The notes: generated by a model not told the origin, from the letters alone. A DNA stretch of 64,000 nt from Candidatus Hydrogenedentota bacterium (GCA_034669905.1 JAXMOL010000037.1:1-64000), one strand, 5' to 3'; shown: positions 1 to 9,639, numbered from the stretch's first letter. Made by a program: numbers and translations.

Positions 1-98
1 GTCCCCGGGGACTGCATCGACTCGGTTAACGTGGGTAAGGGTAAGCTGCTACGTGGCGAACGGTGGTACATGGGTAGGCGCCATGATGGGATAGTCGA

Positions 99-240
99 GG
101 CTGTCCCCCTCTTGGCGACGACGTGTCTTTTCGGAGGGGGACGGCCCCGACGTCCGAGTGCTTGTGGGTGGGGGGCGTCTCTGGGGTAGACCTCACGTTG
201 TCCTTGTTTGAACGGGTTTACTGCGTCGGTGCAGTCCCCG
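99..240. repeat. ~140-bp diverged direct repeat, copy 1 (GGGGAC(A/G)GCCCC / GCAGTCCCC family)
   Basis: Aligns by eye to 878-1018 (ggctgtcccctcttggcg...cctcacgttgtccttg...gaacgggtttactgcgtcggtgcagtccccg). Confidence 0.85.
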
Positions 241-640
241 CGGTATCGGCGTAAACCACCATCAGTTGAATCCCATCGTCCATCGCGATGGTGGTCACGT
301 TCATGGACTCGGTCCCCTTGGAGTAATTGATCATTCCGTCGACCGCATCGGCGGGGGCCGTATCGTTTTTCCAGCCCGCGTCTGAGAAGTGTTGCCGGTA
401 GAAAGCCATTATCTCGGCTTCGGTCATGTGGGTGACGGTTGTGGTCACGTAAAAAGACGAGGGGTCGCCATCGTTCTCTTCGTGGATTTCAAAAATTGAA
501 ACCCCGGGTGGGAGGGCGGTCTTGGAAAGCATTGCGTCCAGCGACGCGCCTCCCGTTGAAATGCCCAGCAATTCGTAGCACCCGGAGAAGAGGAGGCTCG
601 CACAGAAAAGGACGCCCACGGTCATTACTTTGTTGGTCAT
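218..640 (-). CDS. Hypothetical lipoprotein
   Basis: ORF 218..688, likely ATG at 640 (MTNKVMTV...), lipobox-like LFSGC. Stop codon lies inside repeat copy 99-240. Confidence 0.7.
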   Translation of the reverse strand: MTNKVMTVGVLFCASLLFSGCYELLGISTGGASLDAMLSKTALPPGVSIFEIHEENDGDPSSFYVTTTVTHMTEAEIMAFYRQHFSDAGWKNDTAPADAVDGMINYSKGTESMNVTTIAMDDGIQLMVVYADTAGTAPTQ

Positions 641-877
641 TGTCTTGCTCCCTTTGCCGGAGGATTGGGCCCTTGTGATGCCCCCCATGGGCCGCAGGCC
701 ATGCTGTGGTTATAGCACAGGTACCTGAACGGGGGAGGGTTTATTCGCGGGGGGAGGGGGATAGCCCCTACGTCCGAGTGCTTCAGGGACTGTCTCGCCC
801 CACTGGTTTTCGCCCTTGCGAGGCGGATTTCGGAATTGGCGCGCCCTTTCTGTAGGAGTAGACACCTGCCAGGGCGT

Positions 878-1018
878 GGCTGTCCCCTCTTGGCGGTGAC
901 GTGGGCTTGGGGAGGGGGACAGCCCCGACGTCTGAGTGTTTGTGGGTGGGGGGGGCTAACAGTTGGACCTCACGTTGTCCTTGCCGGAACGGGTTTACTG
1001 CGTCGGTGCAGTCCCCGG
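878..1018. repeat. ~140-bp diverged direct repeat, copy 2
   Basis: Matches 99-240. Partial copy at ~752-790; related motifs at 1-20, 59782-59800, 59880-59903, 63910-63929. Confidence 0.85.
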
Positions 1019-1063
1019 GGCTTGTCGGCTACAATGCTTTCTTCACCAACCTGGGAGCTTCGT

Positions 1064-3016
1064 ATGTTGTCACGATTCTTTTTCACAGTTCTTGTTGTGT
1101 CCTCCATCGCCCCGCTGGCGTCGGCGGATACCTTCTATGTTTCCAAACTCGGGAACGGCGCGGGGGGCACGAGTTGGTCCACCGCCTTTACGACGGTGCA
1201 GGCCGCGCTGGATGCGGTGCCGAATGGCGAGGGGGGGCACCGTATCATCATCCGGCCCGACACCTATATGGAGGCCATGCTTTCCCCCGCCCACCGGGGG
1301 GCCAAGGGGGCCTACAACGAACTGATTGGTGATTTCGATGGCGCACTCGGCAGTGGGCGCACTGGCTGGGTCGTGCTTGATGCCGGTGACCCAAAGCAGG
1401 GTTTCAAGAGCTACGACTGGCACGGGAACATTCGTTCGAACACCCAGGGCTGGTCGGATGAACACACGGACGAAACCTTCTCGGCCGTGATTTGGGATCG
1501 GTGGAAATTGAGCCGGGTATACATGACGGGTGCCGATGCGGGGCTTTTCTGGGACAATACGAACATGATAGAGCCTTTCACGATTATCGTGGAAGACTGC
1601 GTGGGTATTGGCCGCGCTTTCGGCGGCGGTGTGGCGAGTTGTCTGTCTCGGCCGGACGAGCCCATTACCTTCCGGCGCACCCAGCTGTGGGCCCTGGACT
1701 GGTGGGGCGATACGGCGGCGGCCTATGTGCGGGTGGAAAACGAAACCATGCCCGACCGGCCCGATGTCATCTTCGAAGACTGCACCATGGTGAGCCCCCA
1801 GTGTGCGCTGAAGGCCGGCAACTTTGGCTTCACGACCAGCATGCGCATCCAACTCACGCGCTGCAAGATGGTCAACCTCAATTTTTCTCAGCCCCACGGC
1901 ACGCCCAGTGACGGGGCCATCCAGAGTGTGGAGCAGGGCAAATACCTGGCGGTGGATTTGGAAGACACGACCGTCATGGGCTACAAGGTCTTTGGCGTCC
2001 GCCAGAACAAAGAGACTGTGAACGAAATCCAGTACAGCACCACGGGCAACGTGCAGGCCTATGTCCAGTTTCAGCAGGAAGTGCCCAAAGGGTTTTATCG
2101 ACTCCAGCAGTGGCCCGGCGATATCTTCAGCGCCATTGCACCGCCCCCGACGACGACGGTTTCCCACGGCCTGACCAATATTGAGATGGTGGAAGAGGAC
2201 ATGTGTGAAGTGTCGCCCTTCGTATGGCAGGGCAAGTTGATGGAGATGGTGTGTGTGCGCCCCGGCAGTGGGGGCACGCCCGCCGACTACCACCTGGATA
2301 TTCGCGAAGCGGGGAGCAAAGAGGTGCTGTCCGTTTTCGCCGGTGGCTATGGCCTGGCGAGCGCCTTTGTGGATGGCGATACCTTTTATGCGGTGGCGTC
2401 TCGTTTCGAAGCGGGCAACTGGAATGACGTGACCTTGTTCTCCTCGAAAGACCTCAAGACCTGGGAGCAGCGGGTTATCATCCAGCAGGAGAACGAGCAT
2501 CTCTTTAACAGCACGCTGTGTAAAGGCCCGGATGGCTATGTGCTCGCCTACGAATCCAACACGCCCGACTATCCGGGATTCACGACGAAGTTCGCGTCGT
2601 CGAAGGATTTGAAGACCTGGGAGAAATTGCCCGAGGCGACCTTCGGTACCAACCGCTACACGGCATGTCCCGAGATTCATTATGTGGATGGGTATTACTA
2701 CGTGATGTATCTGGAACGGCATCCGCCCCGTCATTTCTTCGAGACCTACGTGACGCGCTCCAAGGATTTGAAGCATTGGGAATTGAGCAGCGCGAATCCG
2801 GTGATCAGTCCTGTGGGCCTGGAAGAGGGCGTGAACGCGTCGGACCCGGCGCTCATCGAGTTTGGTGGTAAGACCTACGTGTATTATTGCGTGGGCGACC
2901 AATTGACCTGGATGGACGTAAAGCGCGGTGTGTATCCGGGCACGGTCGCGGAGTTTTTCGGGCAGTGGTATGCGCAGCCGGGGATTGTGGATCACGGGAG
3001 TATGGGGCAGCTATAG
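1064..3016 (+). CDS. Secreted two-domain protein: beta-helix-like N-terminal part plus five-bladed beta-propeller glycoside hydrolase-like C-terminal part
   Basis: GGGAG RBS before ATG 1064; signal peptide; TFYVS..G.GTSW.TAF.TVQ.A motif; repeated S.DLKTWE, ACP and DP motifs. Confidence 0.7.
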   Translation: MLSRFFFTVLVVSSIAPLASADTFYVSKLGNGAGGTSWSTAFTTVQAALDAVPNGEGGHRIIIRPDTYMEAMLSPAHRGAKGAYNELIGDFDGALGSGRTGWVVLDAGDPKQGFKSYDWHGNIRSNTQGWSDEHTDETFSAVIWDRWKLSRVYMTGADAGLFWDNTNMIEPFTIIVEDCVGIGRAFGGGVASCLSRPDEPITFRRTQLWALDWWGDTAAAYVRVENETMPDRPDVIFEDCTMVSPQCALKAGNFGFTTSMRIQLTRCKMVNLNFSQPHGTPSDGAIQSVEQGKYLAVDLEDTTVMGYKVFGVRQNKETVNEIQYSTTGNVQAYVQFQQEVPKGFYRLQQWPGDIFSAIAPPPTTTVSHGLTNIEMVEEDMCEVSPFVWQGKLMEMVCVRPGSGGTPADYHLDIREAGSKEVLSVFAGGYGLASAFVDGDTFYAVASRFEAGNWNDVTLFSSKDLKTWEQRVIIQQENEHLFNSTLCKGPDGYVLAYESNTPDYPGFTTKFASSKDLKTWEKLPEATFGTNRYTACPEIHYVDGYYYVMYLERHPPRHFFETYVTRSKDLKHWELSSANPVISPVGLEEGVNASDPALIEFGGKTYVYYCVGDQLTWMDVKRGVYPGTVAEFFGQWYAQPGIVDHGSMGQL

Positions 3017-3036
3017 GATCTCGGGAGCGACGTGCC

Positions 3037-3525
3037 GTGTACAGCGCAATTAAGTGGGCGCCGGAGCTGGCGCCGCGGAAGCCGCATAGGTTTTCTCAGG
3101 GTGTCTGCGCGATTTCCCTGGTTCTGTTTTTGATTTCCCTCGCGGGTCCTACTGTCGCTTATGGAGAAGGGGATATAAGCCAGCCTCGGGGTTGGTGGGC
3201 ATTGCTCTTTGGTTTCTTTGGGATTCTGTTCGGCTGTTTCGCCTGGTTCGCGAATCCCCTGTTGGAGCTGGCGATGTACTTTGCAATAGATGGCAAGCCC
3301 AAGGGCGCTCTGTGCTGTTTTGCCGGGGCGTCCGGTCTGACATTGTCCATGCTCCGGGTTACGGAAGTCATGAAAGACGAAGCGGGCAATACGGCCCCAG
3401 TGGTAGGTTTGGGCTGGGGCTACTATATGTGGGTAGCGAGTGCGGTGGTGCCTACACTCCTCTTGGTGGGGTGGTTCGCCTGGACGTTGTTGCACCGTGG
3501 TCGTGTAGAACATGAGGCAGAATGA
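3037..3525 (+). CDS. Hypothetical integral membrane protein
   Basis: Several hydrophobic helices with WFANP and GYY.W motifs. Start uncertain (GTG 3037 after GGGAG; ORF open from 2887). Confidence 0.65.
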   Translation: MYSAIKWAPELAPRKPHRFSQGVCAISLVLFLISLAGPTVAYGEGDISQPRGWWALLFGFFGILFGCFAWFANPLLELAMYFAIDGKPKGALCCFAGASGLTLSMLRVTEVMKDEAGNTAPVVGLGWGYYMWVASAVVPTLLLVGWFAWTLLHRGRVEHEAE

Positions 3526-3659
3526 CCGGATAGGGGGACGGAGGCAATGGGACTGTTCGCCAGTGTCACCGCAAGGGGCGGGTGGAGAGCCAGTTGGCCA
3601 GGCCCCTTCGTGGACGGGCACCAAAGACTATTTGGGGTGGAGCGTTTTTCTGCGCAGGC

Positions 3660-4370
3660 GTGAGTGTCATCCGCTCCGCGGATTCGTCGGGTTTGGTGTG
3701 CGGGGTTCCTGGGGTTTCGTTCGTTCCTCACTCCACCCCAGGCTAATGACTGGCGCACCTCCGGCGCTTGAACGTAAGGCGTCGGGTAAGCGGCACCAGC
3801 CTCTCCGTCGCTTGCGCGCGGTGACGTGGGAGTGCCATTTGCTTCGCGGATTCGTCGGGTTTGGTGTGCGGATTTCCTGGGGTTTCGCTCGTGCCTCGCT
3901 TCACCCCAGGCTAATGACTGGCGCACCTCCGGTGCTTAAGAATCTGGTATCACAAGGCGGTATTTCCGGGGTTTCGCTCGTGCCTCGCTTCACCCCAGGC
4001 CAATGACTGACGCACCTCCGGTGCTTGAAAATCTGGTATCACAAGGCGGTTTTCCGGGGTTTCGCTCGTACCTCGCTTCACCCCAGGCCAATGGCTGACG
4101 CACCTCTGGTGCTTGAAGACCGAGCGTCGGTAGGGCAACAATTCTATCGGCAGAGACTACGCTCAACAGAATTTTCGCTGGCGAGTTCGCCAGAAGTATA
4201 TTGATGGACCAGGCATATGCCGAAGACTACCGAATATAGCGTGTTGGTACCAAAAGCGAATCCGCGAAGCGGATGATAGCTATTAGCCTGGGGTGGAGTG
4301 AGGCACGAACGAAACCCCAGGAACCGGAACCCTCTGAAGAGAAGAATCCACGTAGTGGATGGCAGCCCCC
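3660..4370. repeat. REP-like cluster beside the Y1 transposase
   Basis: Unit ggggtttcgctcgtgcctcgcttcaccccagg...gcacctccggtgcttgaa starts at 3711, 3879, 3968, 4056 (last three spaced 89 and 88 bp); inverted copy at ~4279-4370. Confidence 0.9.
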
Positions 4371-4470
4371 TCCGTAGCAAACGCCATTGGTTTGCCCGTG
4401 GCGAAGGGTTGCACAGGACGAGATAGGGGGCCTGTGGTATACTGCAACAGCAGAACCAAAGGGGAAAACC

Positions 4471-5214
4471 ATGATGTCTCGTTACAAAGTCACGTTATAT
4501 CTCGCCGTGGTTCTATTTGGGATTTGGGTAATCCCAGCGGGTGCCTCGGAAACGCGCATAGAGATCGCAATTCCCGACACGTACATATCTGCGGATGCGG
4601 TGACGCCCGGCGCAGGATGGTGGGGGATTTACCGGGAGAAGGAAGGATTTACCCTGCGTCCAACCAGCGTAGGTGTTTCGACCTTCCCCCTTGATGAGGG
4701 CGCCTCTGGTGTCGACATCCGTGCGGCGGGTGATGACGTGCCGCTGGTCGTGTTGCGCGGTGGGCTGGCGTTCAAGGCAGGTCCCTTGGATACACCGAAG
4801 CGCTCCGATAGTACGTGGAAATTCTTGTTTCCGGGGGAGATGCGGGATGTCACGGTGGGGCAATGGCGGCTACGGAGGCAGACTATTTTGACTGCTACCG
4901 GTGGCCTGATATGGCCCGTGGGCAGTCATCACAGTATTTTTCGGAATTACGAATTGCACTTGTCCCGTGAGAAGGGACCGAATGAGACACGACAGACGCT
5001 TTTGTCCGTCCAGGAGTTCGAGTTTTTCCAAGATGATCCCGGCCCCACGGTTGTGTGGGCGGGCGATCTGGATGGGGATGGTGAGACCGATGTCGTGCTC
5101 GACAAGAGTACGTTTTATACGGGCCGGGAGATCGAACTCTATCTTTCTTCCGCAGCGGAAGATGGAAAGCTGGTGGGCAAGGTCGCTTCGTGGACGGGGA
5201 CCGAAGGCTGTTAG
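4471..5214 (+). CDS. Secreted hypothetical protein with a Ca-binding/FG-GAP-like WAGDLDGDG motif
   Basis: AGGGG RBS, signal peptide, DLDGDGETD motif near the C-terminus. Confidence 0.8.
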   Translation: MMSRYKVTLYLAVVLFGIWVIPAGASETRIEIAIPDTYISADAVTPGAGWWGIYREKEGFTLRPTSVGVSTFPLDEGASGVDIRAAGDDVPLVVLRGGLAFKAGPLDTPKRSDSTWKFLFPGEMRDVTVGQWRLRRQTILTATGGLIWPVGSHHSIFRNYELHLSREKGPNETRQTLLSVQEFEFFQDDPGPTVVWAGDLDGDGETDVVLDKSTFYTGREIELYLSSAAEDGKLVGKVASWTGTEGC

Positions 5215-5444
5215 GGGTGGATAGTTTTTCTGCGGAGACGTGGGAGTGCCATCCGCTCCGCGGATTCTCTTTCGGAAACAACAAGTGGCGTTCGGTAGAC
5301 CTCAGCATATGCATGGTCCGTCAATAAGCTTTTGCCAAATACGGCAGAGTAAATTCGGGTGCTGCTCTGCTGTTACCGATGGTCCGAGTCGCGGATGCTC
5401 GAAATCTCAGCGCAGATCGCACAGCGCTTGGGAAAATATGTTAC

Positions 5445-5655
5445 GGACTTTCAGTCCTACGAAAAAGAGAAGGCATAGTTCACCCAGGCCTACAGCCTGG
5501 GCTGGTATGTTGCCGCGCCGTTGGCGCTCATCCGGTCGTTGTGGGAGTGCGCCTGGCTATTCCGGAGGGCCAACGGCCCGTATGCATATCAGCATGGGGT
5601 GAAGCCCCATGAATAGGGCCCGTAGCTACCTCGAAAGGGCTGAAAGCCCGTGACA
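5445..5655. repeat. Second multi-hairpin REP-like element
   Basis: Hairpins ggactttcagtcc, cccaggcctacagcctggg, gggccaacggccc, catggggtgaagccccatg, gggctgaaagccc. Confidence 0.65.
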
Positions 5656-5751
5656 TATTATATCGAGAAGAACCTCGATGGTTTCGCTTTGCGAGATACT
5701 GCCAGCAGCGGTAGCAGCAGAGCAGCACCTGTAAATTCTGATGACGGTGAC

Positions 5752-5904
5752 CTCTACCGATAAAAGTGTTGCCCTACCGACGCGCTGTTTTCAAGCGCCG
5801 GAGGCGCGTTAGCTATTAGCCTGGGGTGGAGTGAGGAACGAACGGAACCCCAGGAACCGGAATCCCACATCGAGAAGAATCCACGTAGTGGATGGCAGCC
5901 GCCC
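5752..5904. repeat. REP-like element immediately upstream of tnpA
   Basis: 5812-5904 closely matches 4279-4370; 5752-5852 is an inverted match to 4056-4156. Confidence 0.9.
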
Positions 5905-6022
5905 TTGCCGCGACTCCGATTCGGGGATCCAGTTTGTTGGCTCAATGGTAATTCATTGCTATACTGCATCGAAGCGTATCAATGGTTAACTACTGCAGCA
6001 GAAACAACAGGGGAGAATTATC

Positions 6023-6478
6023 ATGGGTTCCACGTATTGTAATCTTTTGTACCACGCCGTGTTTTCGACGAAGAACCGCCAACGCTGGATTTCATCCGAA
6101 CTCGAGACCCGTCTCTTCGCGTTCATGGGAGGGACGGTACGCGAGAAATGTGAGGGGGTACTCCTGGCGGCGAACGGTACGGAAGATCATGTCCACCTCC
6201 TGCTGGGGCTTCACCAGACGAAGTCCATCGCAGACGTGGTGCGGGATGTGAAATCGAACAGCTCCCGGTGGATTCATCAGACCTTTCCCGATAACGCGGA
6301 TTTCGAATGGCAGGGCGGCTACGGTGCCTTCACGGTGAGCGTGAGTCAGCGGGAGAAGGTCAAGCGCTATATTGCCCGACAGAAAACACACCATGGCGAC
6401 GTGTCCTTTGAAACCGAGTTTATCATCCTGCTCGATGCCCACGAAATCGAATACGACAAACGCTATGTATTCGATTGA
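6023..6478 (+). mobile_element. tnpA: IS200/IS605-family Y1 HUH transposase (possibly REP-associated, RAYT-like); no tnpB
   Basis: YHAVFSTKNR, HUH motif DHVHLL, VKSNSS, FEWQGGYGAFTVS, and YI..Q helix with the catalytic Tyr. Confidence 0.92.
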
Positions 6479-6596
6479 CCCGCTGGCAACAGGAACGTCG
6501 CCTCGCCTCTGCCTTGCGCGATTTCCCCGGGAGCACGTATTATACGGGGAAATGAATGACCCGCAGGCGTGTATCGGGTCACGATGAAAGGATTGG

Positions 6597-6737
6597 ATGA
6601 TGAAGGTGTTCACCAAGATATTATTGGGCTCCATGGCGTTGTGGATGGTGTTGTCGGTCACGGGCTGCAATACCATTCGGGGCGTGGGCAAGGACATTAA
6701 AAAGGGTGGCGAGGCCATCGAGAAAGCTGCCCAGTAG
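6597..6737 (+). CDS. Entericidin A/B-family lipoprotein (46 aa, absent from ORF track)
   Basis: Hand translation MMKVFTKILLGSMALWMVLSVTGCNTIRGVGKDIKKGGEAIEKAAQ; CNT..G.GKDI signature; AAAGGA RBS. Confidence 0.9.
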   Translation: MMKVFTKILLGSMALWMVLSVTGCNTIRGVGKDIKKGGEAIEKAAQ

Positions 6738-6762
6738 GGGCGCGATTGTATTAACGGTCTTC

Positions 6763-6797
6763 GGGGTTCCGCAGCAGGTTGTTGCGGAACCCTTTTT
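6763..6797 (+). terminator. Intrinsic terminator
   Basis: gggttccgcagcaggttgttgcggaaccc followed by ttttt. Confidence 0.8.
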
Positions 6798-6897
6798 CTG
6801 TGCCCTTTTCCGAGGTCTTTCTCTTCCAGGTGACCCTATTTGTTATGCTGGCAGGGTCCCTGTCGCGTAATGGTTGCGCGCCGAGAAAGGTTTTGTC

Positions 6898-8166
6898 ATG
6901 CAGAAATTCACCCCTGTCCTCTTCTTTGTTCTGTGCCTATGCCTCGCCTTCGGGAGTCGTGCCCAGGAGGCGCCCATGCCGCCCCATGCCGACAACACGT
7001 GGTTTAAGGATGCGAAGTTCGGCATCTTCGTCCATTGGGGGCTCTATGCCCTTCATGGAAAAAACGAAAAGGGGCCCTATGTTTCCTGGGCGATGGAAAA
7101 CGAAGGGATCCCGGTCGCGGAATACGAACCCTATGCCGACCAGTTTCGTCCGAAGCACTTTGATGCCGATGCGTGGATGGAGCTGGTAAAGGAGGCAGGC
7201 GCCCGCTATCTCACCTTTACCAGCAAGCACCACGAGGGTTTTGCCCTCTTCAACAGCGCGCTGACCACCTACGACTCCATGGATCGCGCCGCCAAGCGGG
7301 ATATCGTGGGGGAGTTGGTGATGGCGGCTCGGGCCCACGATGTGAAGATTTCCTTTTACTACTCCACGCTGGACTGGCACCACCCCGATTTCTACACCGA
7401 CCTGCCGAAATACGTGGATGAGTACCTCTTTGGCCAGGTGCGGGAGTTGTGCACCAACTACGGGCCCATTGATGGCATCTGGTTCGACGGCGAATGGGAC
7501 CACCCGGAGTCCACGTGGCGCGCCGAGGAGTTGGTACGCATGATTCGGACGCTCCAGCCCAATGCCCTGGTCAATGATCGCTTGGGGAAGGGGGTGCGGG
7601 GCGTGACGCCCCTGGCCGATTTCTATACCCGCGAGCAGATGTCCGAGATTGGTGAAAAGACTGAGACCGAAGATAAGAACATACGCCCGTGGGAAGCCTG
7701 TCTCACCATTGGCACTTCCTGGGGTTATATGAAGGCCGATGGCCCGCCCAAGAGCAGCACGGAACTTATCCGCACCCTGGTTGACGTGGTCAGTCGGGGT
7801 GGCAATCTCCTGCTCAACGTGGGTCCCACGCCCGACGGCGAAATCCCGGCACCCCTGGCCGAGCGTCTTCGGGATATTGGCGCCTGGCTCAAGGTGAATG
7901 GTGAGGGCATCTACGGCACGCGACAGGTCACCGATATCGGGGTTTCGGCGGGCAAACTGACGCGCAAGGATAACCAGCTCTTTGTCCACCTCGAAACGCG
8001 CCCGGGAGGCCCAATCACCTTTACGGGCTTGACGGAGACGATGGTGGGGGCCCGGCTGGTGGCCACGGGCGACGTGTTGAAGGTGGATGACGCCACCAAG
8101 ACGCTCTCCCTCCCGGAAACCCTGCCCGACGCTGCGGTGACGACGATTGCCGTTACGCTGAAATAA
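6898..8166 (+). CDS. Alpha-L-fucosidase (GH29)
   Basis: WFKDAKFGIFVHWG, TSKHHEGF, WFDG, GGNLLLNVGP; signal peptide. Confidence 0.92.
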   Translation: MQKFTPVLFFVLCLCLAFGSRAQEAPMPPHADNTWFKDAKFGIFVHWGLYALHGKNEKGPYVSWAMENEGIPVAEYEPYADQFRPKHFDADAWMELVKEAGARYLTFTSKHHEGFALFNSALTTYDSMDRAAKRDIVGELVMAARAHDVKISFYYSTLDWHHPDFYTDLPKYVDEYLFGQVRELCTNYGPIDGIWFDGEWDHPESTWRAEELVRMIRTLQPNALVNDRLGKGVRGVTPLADFYTREQMSEIGEKTETEDKNIRPWEACLTIGTSWGYMKADGPPKSSTELIRTLVDVVSRGGNLLLNVGPTPDGEIPAPLAERLRDIGAWLKVNGEGIYGTRQVTDIGVSAGKLTRKDNQLFVHLETRPGGPITFTGLTETMVGARLVATGDVLKVDDATKTLSLPETLPDAAVTTIAVTLK

Positions 8167-8232
8167 GGGTGCCAAAGCAAAATTGAGTGAACTTCTTTCG
8201 CTCTTGGTTTTCAGTAAATCCGCGAGGCAATA

Positions 8233-8315
8233 CCCCTCCTGGGAGGGGTAGGGGTGTGTTTTCGACGTCTTACGCGACTTGACCCACCCCCAGCCCCTCC
8301 AAGGAGGGGAGTTTT
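8233..8315. repeat. CCCCTCC..GGAGGGG palindromic repeat, copy 1 of 3
   Basis: Shares gacttgacccaccccc(a/g)gcccctccaaggaggggagtttt with 38908-38992 and 48894-48978. Confidence 0.9.
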
Positions 8316-8523
8316 ATCGGATATCGGTTGGGCTCTCGCATGGGCGTCAATGACGTTGCTGCCGGAATCGGGTCATCAGGTGGCCCTACGCGCGCTTTTC
8401 TCACGTTCGCGAATACCAAGGGCCCCGCCGTTGTACTTCTTCTTGGGGACTTTTGTAGACTGACGGAATAACCTGCCGATTGGCTGCGTCGCTGCACGTG
8501 GCACCAAGTATAAGGAATGCACC

Positions 8524-9639
8524 ATGGCTATCTGGGACAAATTTCGCGGAGAACTCGTCGACATTATCGAGTGGCTGGACCCGTCCAGTGACACGATGGT
8601 TCATCGTTTCGAGCGGCACGGCAACGAGATTAAACACGGTGCCAAGCTCACGGTGCGGGAGGGGCAGGTGGCCGTCTTTATCCGCGAGGGGAAGATCGCC
8701 GATGTCTTTGATCCGGGTATGTACACCCTCGACACGAAGAACCTGCCGATCATCAGCACCCTGGAATCGTGGCGCCACGGTTTCGAGAGCCCCTTCAAGG
8801 CCGAGGTCTATTTTATCAGCACCCGCCGCGTCACCAATCTGAAATGGGGCACGAAAAATCCCATTATGCTGCGGGATGCCGAGTTTGGTCCCCTGCGCCT
8901 GCGGATGTTTGGCACCTATTGCGTACGTGTTTCGAATCCGGTGACCTTCATCAAGGAAATCGTGGGCACCGACGGCACCTTCACCACCGAAGAAATTACC
9001 GCCCAACTGCGCAACCTGATTGTGGCGCGCTTCAGTGACCTGGTGGCCGAGAGCAAGATTCCGGCCCTCGACCTGGCGGCGAACTACGACGAGTTCGGTC
9101 GCTTCGCCTCCGAGCGCCTCCACCCCGATTTCGAAGCCTATGGCCTGGACGTGTCCAGCCTCCTGGTCGAGAATATTTCCCTGCCGCCAGCGGTGGAAGA
9201 AGTGCTCGACAAGCGCACCAGCATGGGCGTCATCGGGAATCTCCAGCAATACACCCAGTTCCAGGCGGCCAACGCCATGGAAAAGGCCGCAGAGAATCCC
9301 GGTGGAAATGCGGCAGGCGGCATGGGTATGGGCATGGGATTCGCCATGGCCAACCAGATGGCCCAGGGCTTTAATGCCCCGGCGCAGCAGGCCGCGCCTC
9401 AAAGCGCCGCACCCGGTCCGCCACCCGTTCCCGGGCAAACGACCTATTATGTGGCCGTAAACGGTGCCCAGACGGGGCCCTTCCCCGTGGCCGTGTTGCA
9501 GCAACAGGTGCAACAGGGCACCCTCACGGCGGAGACCCTCGTGTGGGCCCAGGGCATGGCCGGTTGGGTCGCGGCGAGTCAGGTGCCGGAAATCGCCGGG
9601 TTGTTTCAACAGGGGCCGCCGCCGATTCCCGGTGGGTGA
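8524..9639 (+). CDS. SPFH/Band 7 domain protein with C-terminal GYF_2 domain
   Basis: LTVREGQVAVF, PG.YTLDT.NLP, SPFKAEVYF; C-terminal YYVAVNGAQTGPF...TLVW.QGM.GW. Confidence 0.85.
   Translation: MAIWDKFRGELVDIIEWLDPSSDTMVHRFERHGNEIKHGAKLTVREGQVAVFIREGKIADVFDPGMYTLDTKNLPIISTLESWRHGFESPFKAEVYFISTRRVTNLKWGTKNPIMLRDAEFGPLRLRMFGTYCVRVSNPVTFIKEIVGTDGTFTTEEITAQLRNLIVARFSDLVAESKIPALDLAANYDEFGRFASERLHPDFEAYGLDVSSLLVENISLPPAVEEVLDKRTSMGVIGNLQQYTQFQAANAMEKAAENPGGNAAGGMGMGMGFAMANQMAQGFNAPAQQAAPQSAAPGPPPVPGQTTYYVAVNGAQTGPFPVAVLQQQVQQGTLTAETLVWAQGMAGWVAASQVPEIAGLFQQGPPPIPGG

Noticed and set aside
99..1018. Integron attC sites
   Set aside because: No clear RYYYAAC/GTTRRRY pairing at the unit ends and no intI gene.
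3711..4120. Possible CRISPR array
   Set aside because: Inter-repeat segments are near-identical or irregular in length, the repeats are long and multi-hairpin, and there are no cas genes; a REP array fits better.
3423..4472. Short ORFs over repeat regions (also 5240-5969, 13369-13806, 24282-24673, 59453-59855)
   Set aside because: They are translations of REP-like DNA with no RBS or protein-like features.
3580..5214. Possible diversity-generating retroelement TR/VR pair
   Set aside because: Mismatches are not adenine-specific and no reverse transcriptase is in the window.
6479..6800. tnpB / omega-RNA downstream of tnpA
   Set aside because: No RuvC or Zn-finger ORF; an entericidin gene follows instead.
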